DNA from: a virus
Lineage: Duplodnaviria; Caudoviricetes
Virus record (IMG/VR): IMGVR_UViG_3300027734_003164
Span: 32,001-96,000 of that record
Length of the DNA stretch: 64,000 nucleotides
Direction: 5' to 3' (one strand)
A model generated the notes under the pieces. It searched no databases. It saw only the letters and a program-made list of their open reading frames with translations, and was not told the origin of the DNA. Shown here one piece after another: positions 56,183 through 64,000 of the stretch. The stretch's first letter is position 1; every line of letters starts with the position of its first letter. A program made the position numbers and the translations under genes.

Positions 56183-56425
56183 TTAATCGTTTAATTGTGT
56201 TTTATCTCCGCAATATACTTCGAATGGTGGTTGGTATGGGTCGTTTTGAATTGGAAAAGGATTCACCGGTATTGGTATTCTAAATGGTTCAGAAATATCA
56301 ATCTTGCTACTTTCTTTCACCAAATCCATCTTTTCCACAATTGGTGCAATATCAATGTTCTTATCTTCTAATTTTCCATGAAGGTAACCTTGTAACCAAA
56401 TATAAAATTCTTTATAACTTAACAT
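56183..56425 (-). CDS. Hypothetical protein
   Basis: ORF in the run. Confidence 0.55.
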   Translation of the reverse strand: MLSYKEFYIWLQGYLHGKLEDKNIDIAPIVEKMDLVKESSKIDISEPFRIPIPVNPFPIQNDPYQPPFEVYCGDKTQLND

Positions 56426-56564
56426 AATTCTCTACAATAAAGATTAATTAAAATAGCCCTTGCCAACTTAAATTCTTTTACTCTATTAAGTTTTAAACCA
56501 TAAAGATTTGCAATACTTTTCAAATGTGGAAAAGCTTCCGTAATTGTCATTTTACTTACTTCCA

Positions 56565-56783
56565 TTACTTGTCAAATAGTTGTAAATCTTTATTCACATT
56601 ACCACAATCATTACACATGTAAGTAGGGAATGGTACAATAGTGTCTTCGTGACTACCTGTCAAAAGTTTTGGTACTTTTTTTAACATAGTCACTTCTTTA
56701 AAATAAATTGATTCACATTTTTCACATTTAATAGTTTCTTGTTGTCTTAAATCAATTTTTGGTCTAATAATATCGTCGCTCAT
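56565..56783 (-). CDS. Small zinc-ribbon protein
   Basis: CEKC...CNDC. Confidence 0.7.
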   Translation of the reverse strand: MSDDIIRPKIDLRQQETIKCEKCESIYFKEVTMLKKVPKLLTGSHEDTIVPFPTYMCNDCGNVNKDLQLFDK

Positions 56784-56891
56784 TTTATTATATAATTTAT
56801 GTTTATTTTAATTGTTGAATTGTCCCAACTGGTATTTATGTACCAAACAGGTGTAATTGTAGTTTCCATAGTGAAATATAGTTTATTAGTT

Positions 56892-57752
56892 TTATTTAGT
56901 CAAATATTCGGACATATCCATTTTCAAAATAGTGTCGACGACATCTCTTGGTATTCGGTATTCTTTGAACTCTACGTTTTCTGTTAAATGAACAATTACA
57001 CCGCCCATAAGTGGAATATTTTCATATTTAGTCCCTTCTAACATTTTTAACAATAGTTTACCATAAAAAGGTAATTGCGTGTTATAGTGACCAAGAGCAT
57101 TATTTGGAAGTTTTTCAAAAGGTTTTTTCATGGGTTTTGTGTAGTCATTTACTTCCATGTTTTTTTCCTTGTTGGTTTTCCAATCGGTTATTACAATACC
57201 AAATCCGGTTTTTTGTTTATTTAACATTAACCAAACTTTATCGGGCTGACCAGTATATCCTAATTCAGGATGACCCAAAACAATCTCCGTATCAAGTAAA
57301 ACGGCTCCTCGTTCTTCCATGAGTGACAAAAACTTTTTACCCGCCTTTATCATTCTATCACCCTTCATTACAAGGTCCAAATCACATTCAAATAATGGTT
57401 GTCGAACCTCTTTATCTATTTTAAATTTGTTAATAGTTTCTAATTCAAGTTCATAGTGAACCCTACTACCCATATTTGTTGAAAGTATACCTGATTGTTT
57501 CCACTCTTCTAAATAAGTGTGCATTACATATGGACTACCTTTCGCCAATTTTCTTGCAACATCCTCAGCTGGAAATTCATCATAAAATAACTTCATCACT
57601 TTTGATACAGATGGAAAATCGTCTCTAACAACACCATTCACATCTAACATTGTGTACTTGTGTTTATCTTCCTCAAAAGTTAATTGAAACTCTTTTTGTT
57701 TTTCAGAAATAATCTCTCGTATTTCTTTTGCAACTTGTTTTAAATCTATCAT
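56892..57752 (-). CDS. PD-(D/E)XK exonuclease-like protein
   Basis: MGSRVHYELE, DTE, GQPD, ITDWKT, YNTQL..Y. Confidence 0.8.
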   Translation of the reverse strand: MIDLKQVAKEIREIISEKQKEFQLTFEEDKHKYTMLDVNGVVRDDFPSVSKVMKLFYDEFPAEDVARKLAKGSPYVMHTYLEEWKQSGILSTNMGSRVHYELELETINKFKIDKEVRQPLFECDLDLVMKGDRMIKAGKKFLSLMEERGAVLLDTEIVLGHPELGYTGQPDKVWLMLNKQKTGFGIVITDWKTNKEKNMEVNDYTKPMKKPFEKLPNNALGHYNTQLPFYGKLLLKMLEGTKYENIPLMGGVIVHLTENVEFKEYRIPRDVVDTILKMDMSEYLTK

Positions 57753-58666
57753 TTAAATTCTACGTAATATTTTTCGATGTCACCTTTAAGGTCACATACA
57801 TCTTTATCTTTTGGCAACTTCACTAACTTAACTCTATTATATAAAGCCCCTCCGTTTAGTTTGTCATATAGGTTTTTAGCATCGGTATAGGCATCACCAT
57901 CTAAACAAACTATAATATTTTTCTTTGCCTTTGAGTATAGTTTTTCCCAAAGGTTGTCTGTTAAAAACTTCCCTAATAAACAAATTGAATTGTCCAAGAA
58001 AAAACTATCAAAAACTCCTTCAACAAGGTATATATCTTTTTTCCAATCAATTAAACTCTCATTGAAAATTAAAAAGTCTTTTGATGCTTCAGGGTTTTTG
58101 TATTTTAATTTACTTCGTGGGTTCCACGACCTTGATACGAAAAAGTTTAATTCTCCTTTTTTATCAAAAGATGGAACAATGATTCTACCGGAATATTCAC
58201 CCTCTAAACATAGACCAATTTGATACTTTTCTATAATCTCATCAGTGATTCCTCTTTTTTTCAAATAATTAAAAGCCTCTTTTCTTGGAATATGAAGTGG
58301 GTGTATCTCGTCAAACTTTTTGTATTCTTTTGGTAATTCAAGTTTCTTGTAAACCTTTTCTTTTTTTTCAAACTCATCAGGTCTAATTAACTTATAGATT
58401 TTCTTATCTTTTTTTGAACCAAACTTATCTATAAGTTTTCCTAAGTGTCCGTGAGTACCATGCGTCTCAGCACACCCCCAACACTTGTAAACATGTTGTT
58501 GGTAATTAATCTCAAGGTTTCCTTTTCCATCTAACTTGTCAAGACCTTTAATTGTATATGAACACACAGGGCAATCAACCGATATTTGACCTCTTAGTTC
58601 ATTTACTGATTTTGGTTCCCCAAAAATATTACCAATAAGGTCTATGATTAATTCTTCTGCGTCCAC
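57749..58666 (-). CDS. DNA primase (DnaG/TOPRIM with zinc finger)
   Basis: CPVC..YKCWGC; YLKKRGI; YLVEGVFD; CLDGDA. Confidence 0.88.
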   Translation of the reverse strand: MDAEELIIDLIGNIFGEPKSVNELRGQISVDCPVCSYTIKGLDKLDGKGNLEINYQQHVYKCWGCAETHGTHGHLGKLIDKFGSKKDKKIYKLIRPDEFEKKEKVYKKLELPKEYKKFDEIHPLHIPRKEAFNYLKKRGITDEIIEKYQIGLCLEGEYSGRIIVPSFDKKGELNFFVSRSWNPRSKLKYKNPEASKDFLIFNESLIDWKKDIYLVEGVFDSFFLDNSICLLGKFLTDNLWEKLYSKAKKNIIVCLDGDAYTDAKNLYDKLNGGALYNRVKLVKLPKDKDVCDLKGDIEKYYVEFK

Positions 58667-58704
58667 ATATAAAAGATAAGAATTTTATATGGATTGTCAA
58701 TTAA

Positions 58705-58735
58705 CAAAAAACCCACCTTTGTGGGGTGGGTTTTA
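58705..58735. terminator. Intrinsic terminator
   Basis: aaaaacccacc-tttgtg-gggtgggtttt. Confidence 0.7.
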
Positions 58736-58751
58736 ATATTTAAATATTTTT

Positions 58752-59222
58752 TTATCTAAAAGACAAATTTTGACGACAATATAATTGGTAGTTTTGTTTT
58801 TTTCCGTCAGTCTCTACCCTAATTATCCCTTCAAATTCGACTAAACCTTCTTCGTTCACTTTTTCTAATGAAGTACCACCTCTTACTAATCTTTGTTTTG
58901 CTCTAAGCTCAAAAGTTTCACCAGGGTTTACGGTAAAAGGAACTTGTTTATCAATTCTCATACCGCTATTCATAGGAAGAATCTTTTTTATGGTGATTGG
59001 TGCACTTCCAGAATTTTTAATACCTCTAAATGTAAATTCAATATCTTGTCCAAATCTAACTTCAGCATCTGGATTTCTCACAACCAATGTTCCTGTTAAA
59101 GGTCCTCCCATCCCTTTAGATGTTGCTGGGTTAGGCATCCCAATTGGTCCTTCTTGCTCATTAACAACTTGTCTAACAAGTTGAGTTAGTTCAGATTCCG
59201 TAAGTCTAACAATTCTTTTCAT
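58752..59222 (-). CDS. Leader-bearing protein with Ig-like (DUF1573-like) domain
   Basis: MKRIVRLTESELTQLVRQVVNEQ; FTFRGIKNSGSAPITIKKI..VNPGET. Confidence 0.7.
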   Translation of the reverse strand: MKRIVRLTESELTQLVRQVVNEQEGPIGMPNPATSKGMGGPLTGTLVVRNPDAEVRFGQDIEFTFRGIKNSGSAPITIKKILPMNSGMRIDKQVPFTVNPGETFELRAKQRLVRGGTSLEKVNEEGLVEFEGIIRVETDGKKQNYQLYCRQNLSFR

Positions 59223-59274
59223 AATATTTTAATTTATTTATAAATATGTTGTTTTTTTATAAAATTAAATTTTT

Positions 59275-59928
59275 TTATCCCAAATTATTATTCATTCTTG
59301 ACCCCAAAGACGCAAAATCTGCTTTTGGTACAGCATTCCCTTTAAAATTATATGAACACATTTCATCAGTTATTAATGTTATCATTTGTTTTCCAACGGA
59401 ATCTATTCCTCCACTAACAAATGGTCTTTTATAGTTACTAATCAACATTCTATAATAATCTTTTCGTTCTTTTACATCCATTTCATAATCATTTTCAAAT
59501 TTAAAGTCAGAAAATCTTCTTAAAAACATTTTCCAAGCATTAGGTATACCTGAATCAAAAAGTTTATATATATCATTCCAATCTGAATATTCTTCTTTAA
59601 ATTCATCAATTTCCACTCTAAAAGTATTTTTTGAATTACAAGTATATTGTAATTTAATATTGCCAGGATAATCATCACCGTTTGGTTTTTTTCCTTTTCC
59701 GATTAATGTTAAGGTATTGGAGTCTTCACTAATTTCTATTTTATCTACCATAAATTGTCTTATAATTGGGTCGGTATAGTCATTTGGTAAATAAAAATTC
59801 ATAGTTTTATCTTGAAATAAATCGTAAAATTTATTTATAAGTTGTATTCTTCTTTCATCATCTTCTAAAATAATTCGTTTTACAATTCGAGTTAAATCAG
59901 ACTCAGTTAATCTAACAATTTTTTTCAT
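59275..59928 (-). CDS. Leader-bearing protein
   Basis: MKKIVRLTESDLTRIVKRIILE. Confidence 0.75.
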   Translation of the reverse strand: MKKIVRLTESDLTRIVKRIILEDDERRIQLINKFYDLFQDKTMNFYLPNDYTDPIIRQFMVDKIEISEDSNTLTLIGKGKKPNGDDYPGNIKLQYTCNSKNTFRVEIDEFKEEYSDWNDIYKLFDSGIPNAWKMFLRRFSDFKFENDYEMDVKERKDYYRMLISNYKRPFVSGGIDSVGKQMITLITDEMCSYNFKGNAVPKADFASLGSRMNNNLG

Positions 59929-59978
59929 AATATTTTAATTTATTTATAAATATGTTATTTTTTTAAAAATTTAATTTT

Positions 59979-60581
59979 TCACCAAATTTTTTCTTGTTTC
60001 ATGTAACCAAGAACACAAGTATAAGAATCTGCCATATCAAAACATTCTTTCTTTAATGTGTTGTTTTTGGTATAGTGCCATGTAATTTGAGGTTCTTTGT
60101 CAGATACTTTTCTCCAAATAATTTCTTTTTTATCTGTGTCTTTTGGTAATCCACCAAATAATACAAATTTATCTTTATCATTTTTTTGAAGTAAATCAGG
60201 CCAAGCATACTTTCTTGAGTTATATGTAGATATATAATCGGGAACAATACCTAATATGTCATAAATTGATTTTGTAATCATTGAATTATATCTCAATAGG
60301 GTTCCTACTGTCCAAACATTATTTGAATTTAATAGTGGTTCTTCTATTACCACTTTTGTAATCCCCAAATTTTTATATCCCTCAAGTTTTAACTCAAAGG
60401 CATCTACTTTCATTAGTAATTCTTGAATTTTATTTTCAACTTTTGGTTTGATTACTGGTGAGAAGTGTGTTAATTCTAATAATTCTCGTGATTTAATGTC
60501 AAATAATGCCCATCCGATAGTTCTAGTTGACACATCTAAACCTAAAACTTTAGGGTTATTTTTTAATTTATTATTACTCAT
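59979..60581 (-). CDS. RuvC-like Holliday junction resolvase
   Basis: VLGLDVST, VVIEEP, DMADS; start moved to MSNNKLK. Confidence 0.8.
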   Translation of the reverse strand: MSNNKLKNNPKVLGLDVSTRTIGWALFDIKSRELLELTHFSPVIKPKVENKIQELLMKVDAFELKLEGYKNLGITKVVIEEPLLNSNNVWTVGTLLRYNSMITKSIYDILGIVPDYISTYNSRKYAWPDLLQKNDKDKFVLFGGLPKDTDKKEIIWRKVSDKEPQITWHYTKNNTLKKECFDMADSYTCVLGYMKQEKIW

Positions 60582-60585
60582 TTTT

Positions 60586-62799
60586 TTAAAAATCGTACTT
60601 AATCGGATACTGTTGGACACCTTGTCTTTTTTCAGGTGATTGTATCTTAGATATAACCATAAGTTCTTTATTTGCATTGTAAAGTGCAACTTCTGTGACA
60701 TAAGGTGGTGTTGTTCCGTCCCATGTTGGGTTTGATGAATCAAAAAATTGTGTTTGTCCCAAATTACATAAGAAATTCATAACATATATTGTTGCTTGAA
60801 TATCCGTTTCAATTGTTCCAAAAAAGAAAAACTCACCTCCAAAATTTAAAGTTATTCCAGTCTGATTTAATACAGGTAGGGTTATATAATCGTTCAAATC
60901 ATATATTGGTGCCGTATCATACATGTTTTTTGTCAACTGAATAGTTGTTCCTGTCAATCCTGATATGGTTAAGTATCCACCAACCGTGGTTGCAGAAAGT
61001 TGTGACAATACATTAATTTCTCTCCATTGTGTCACATCAGGTCTTGTTGTGGCACTTGATACTTTTTGAGCTAAAAGTTTTATATCTGTGGCGGTAAATC
61101 CTGACGGTAGTCCTGAAACAGGAACTTTCAAAAACGGAAACTCATTTCCAAACCTTACAAGAATATCAGACGCCCCCGGTAATAAACTTTGGTCGTTTCC
61201 TGTTATAGTCTGATAGTAATTACAATGTAATGAATTTGTAAATGCTGAGTTATTTAATCTGTATGTTAAAAATAAAGTTTCAGTATCTCCTGTCAATAAT
61301 CCTTGTGTCCCACCTAATACACCACTAAATGTGTTTGGTGTTACAAGACCTAATTTTGGTGCCGGTAATGTCCAACTTCTATTTGATTTGTAATTCAACG
61401 CCGCAACTATTTCGTCATCATCAAATACAATTATTTTTAAATCAGGAAAAACTTTACCAATTCTATTTGGGAAACCATTTGTGTTTGCGTGTGTGTCCCA
61501 AAGGTGATAGTATCTTAATCCCGGTGCGTTGAAATTGATACTCTTTCTTGATTCAATATAATGTGGTTTAAATAAATTAAGGTTTGTAAATCCTGAAGGG
61601 TCTGTATAAAATACTTCACCAACTTTCGCATTAGGATTTTTATGCCACATTAACCAAGGAATAGATAATTTAAAATTTCTAGCCTGACCTGTGTTTCCAG
61701 GGTTAGTACTATCATAATCTTGCATTGCAAACTTTTCACCATAATAATTGTCAATGGCTTGATTTGTATAATGAACTATCGCAATAGCCTTTTGGTCTGA
61801 TGGTTTAACAGTTATTTTTTCTGAAAATGAATTATAAAAATAAACAGAGTCAGTATCTGTTTGACCACTATCTGAATAGTAACCCAAATATTCTTTACTA
61901 CCCGTATATCCTGTTGATTGAAAATAATTAAAATCTTGATTTACGGTGTTAAAAATACCAGCTGGTGATTCAGTCCATGGAATATTCATATTCCAAACTT
62001 TAACATCTTTTTGTGAAACATCACAATTTGTTTCAAAATTAAAAACGTTTGGATTCCAATACGGTTCAGGAGTAAATGAGTCATAAATGACAGTCATGCC
62101 TGATGGGTAGAAAACAACTCGAGAGTCTCCCGTATAACCCATACTACTAAAGTTTGGTAATTGTCTATCTACTTTTATAGTTACTGTTGTTGCTGTGGAA
62201 GTATTTCCCGTAACACCTACCACAACATAACTAAATAATGGTGATGCTCCTGTAAATGGTTTGATATTATTCGTCCCAAATAAAAACAAAAACATTCCGT
62301 TAGTCACTGTACCAGAAACTGTTGGGTCTAAACTTGAATATTTAAGTGTTAAAACATTACCTGAAGTTACACCTGTGTTAGATACAACAAAATTTGGATT
62401 TATAGTATATGCTGATGAGGTATACGCACTAAATACAACAGGAGTTCCTGTGGAACCTGTGAAAAAACCTCTTGGGGCTGCACTATTAAAAACATTATCG
62501 ATATATGACCCATCAAAAGGGACACCTAATGTGCTTCCTGATGTTGAATCCACAAATAAAGGATATTTGACTTGCATTCTATTTTTTTCAGGAATTGGTG
62601 CTAAATTTTGAGCGTTATATTGTGGCATCAAAACGTTTAGTTGAACGTAATCCGTGTTACTTGTTGCGTTATAACAAACTTCACTATCTCCAACTTCAAA
62701 ATACGCAATATCAAATTTACCTTGCGATATTTTTTTCCTTGCCGCGTCGGTTATTATAGTGTTGATTAACGCTGAGGTATTTTTGATTATGTATGACAT
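60586..62799 (-). CDS. Large putative virion structural protein (baseplate/tail region)
   Basis: 737 aa, beta-rich; TATTTATA at 62804; ends YVTEVALYN.NKELMVISKI..P. Confidence 0.6.
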   Translation of the reverse strand: MSYIIKNTSALINTIITDAARKKISQGKFDIAYFEVGDSEVCYNATSNTDYVQLNVLMPQYNAQNLAPIPEKNRMQVKYPLFVDSTSGSTLGVPFDGSYIDNVFNSAAPRGFFTGSTGTPVVFSAYTSSAYTINPNFVVSNTGVTSGNVLTLKYSSLDPTVSGTVTNGMFLFLFGTNNIKPFTGASPLFSYVVVGVTGNTSTATTVTIKVDRQLPNFSSMGYTGDSRVVFYPSGMTVIYDSFTPEPYWNPNVFNFETNCDVSQKDVKVWNMNIPWTESPAGIFNTVNQDFNYFQSTGYTGSKEYLGYYSDSGQTDTDSVYFYNSFSEKITVKPSDQKAIAIVHYTNQAIDNYYGEKFAMQDYDSTNPGNTGQARNFKLSIPWLMWHKNPNAKVGEVFYTDPSGFTNLNLFKPHYIESRKSINFNAPGLRYYHLWDTHANTNGFPNRIGKVFPDLKIIVFDDDEIVAALNYKSNRSWTLPAPKLGLVTPNTFSGVLGGTQGLLTGDTETLFLTYRLNNSAFTNSLHCNYYQTITGNDQSLLPGASDILVRFGNEFPFLKVPVSGLPSGFTATDIKLLAQKVSSATTRPDVTQWREINVLSQLSATTVGGYLTISGLTGTTIQLTKNMYDTAPIYDLNDYITLPVLNQTGITLNFGGEFFFFGTIETDIQATIYVMNFLCNLGQTQFFDSSNPTWDGTTPPYVTEVALYNANKELMVISKIQSPEKRQGVQQYPIKYDF

Positions 62800-62829
62800 A
62801 TTTTATAAATATATTTTTATAAATTTATT

Positions 62830-63999
62830 TTAAGATAAACCTATTTTTTGTAAAGGCATATACTTTGGTGACCCGTTTACACTTATACCGTTACATGTTG
62901 ATGGGGTTATGGTTACATTTGTTATTGTTACAGTATCTAAAATATAACCTTCAAGTTGACAACCGTTAAATTCTATACTTGGAGTATTAATAAACTGAGT
63001 GATGGTTCCGTTTATAATTCCTCCCGATGAAATACTTGCAGTGTATGTGTTTGTAAATGAACTATAATTTATATTAGATAAATTACAAGAAGGTCTACTT
63101 TGTGAACTAGTAGTAACCACCGAGTTTGTCGGTGTACTTAAAGTTGCATTACCTGATGTTGTTGCGGTTATAGAATTTGTAATAACAGGTACGTTTGTTA
63201 CAAAAGTTTTTCCTGTAAATCCAACGGCAGTATTAATTGTAAAGTTTACTGTTTTTCCTGCTGGTAATGTTGGTGTAACGTTTATTTGATAATACCAAGT
63301 TTTGGTAGTTGTAGTACCAACATTAGTTTGATTTGCCAACGGAGTTAAACTTAAATTAAGTGTATAGTTTGTATAAGAATTTTGTGGTGTAAGTGTTACT
63401 GACTGAGTTGTTACTGTGTTATTAGTATCTTTTATATAAATTGTATAATTGCCGGCAGCCAAACCTAAAAATGTATTTGACATTTGATAATTAACACCAT
63501 TGATAGAATAGGTGTAAGATGGAACTCCTCCATATCCGGTGACATTAATTACACCATTAGATGTGTTAGAACAAGTTGGTTGTGTTGTTGAAACTGATAA
63601 TGTTAATGGTGGTGTTGTACATACACCTGTTGATACAAATACAGTACCTTGATATGTTCCAAGTAAAGACCAATTACCTGTAGGTGGTGTTGTTGGTTGT
63701 AATAAAGCGGGAACACCAGGATTAGTCCATCCACTAACCTCCCATCTTGTATTTCCTGTACTATATAATACCGTATAAGTTGAACTTGTCCAAGACGGGT
63801 AACCATTGATTGTTGAACCGCTAGTTAAAGTAGTTAAATACGTTGTATTAAAAGAAGGTGTATATTCAAAACATAAGTTTTGTGGGTATACAGGTGCTGG
63901 TGTCGGTGGAGGTAAACAATCTGAACAAGTGTCAAATGGTCCTGTAGATATTACCGCAAAATTATTAATATAACTTTGTCCTGTATATAATGTTTGACC
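62830..63999 (-). CDS. Thr-rich structural/fibre protein with SprB-like repeat; 5' end outside the window
   Basis: Frame is open from 63999 and the track shows only the last 217 aa; QPTCSNTSNGVINVTGYGGVPSYTYSING..FLGLAAGNYTIYIKD. Confidence 0.75.
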   Translation of the reverse strand, partial: GQTLYTGQSYINNFAVISTGPFDTCSDCLPPPTPAPVYPQNLCFEYTPSFNTTYLTTLTSGSTINGYPSWTSSTYTVLYSTGNTRWEVSGWTNPGVPALLQPTTPPTGNWSLLGTYQGTVFVSTGVCTTPPLTLSVSTTQPTCSNTSNGVINVTGYGGVPSYTYSINGVNYQMSNTFLGLAAGNYTIYIKDTNNTVTTQSVTLTPQNSYTNYTLNLSLTPLANQTNVGTTTTKTWYYQINVTPTLPAGKTVNFTINTAVGFTGKTFVTNVPVITNSITATTSGNATLSTPTNSVVTTSSQSRPSCNLSNINYSSFTNTYTASISSGGIINGTITQFINTPSIEFNGCQLEGYILDTVTITNVTITPSTCNGISVNGSPKYMPLQKIGLS

Positions 64000-64000
64000 G

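Noticed and set aside
1-64000. Stop-codon reassignment
   Set aside because: Long conserved genes are intact in the standard code and no suppressor tRNA is seen
1-64000. Bacterial chromosome or integrated prophage
   Set aside because: No housekeeping operons, integrase or att junction; gene density, strand bias and content fit a large lytic phage

Overview
This is a 64-kb segment of a large (jumbo-type) lytic phage genome. It is very AT-rich, uses the standard code, is gene-dense and lies almost entirely on the minus strand. The host is very likely Bacteroidota: TAnnTTTG sigma-70 promoters recur, a T9SS C-terminal sorting domain is present, and Shine-Dalgarno sites are not evident. Recognisable genes include a GH19 endolysin, thyA, type II glutamine synthetase, two DNA methyltransferases, DnaJ, an Hc1-like protein, a sigma-70 factor, SbcC/SbcD (gp46/gp47-like), a PD-(D/E)XK nuclease, primase, a RuvC-like resolvase, LAGLIDADG and HNH endonucleases, four canonical tRNAs and putative virion proteins. 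The most unusual elements are: (1) an EcoRI-like endonuclease with no adjacent methyltransferase, in a window where I saw no GAATTC; (2) a DfrB/R67-type DHFR-like gene just downstream of thyA; (3) more than 15 unrelated proteins carrying short N-terminal leaders ending in (I/L/V)xE, mostly behind a TATTTAT promoter-like motif, suggesting capsid-targeted cargo; (4) an operon for a T9SS cohesin/dockerin protein and a CsgG-like lipoprotein; (5) an ~820-nt GOLLD-like RNA plus a tRNA-punctuated cluster of aberrant tRNAs and unknown structured RNAs; (6) two endonuclease cassettes that each carry a small RHH-like gene behind an identical 17-nt promoter/start sequence; and (7) a MetK-like pseudoenzyme. 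All family calls come from motif recognition by eye; no database searches were run.
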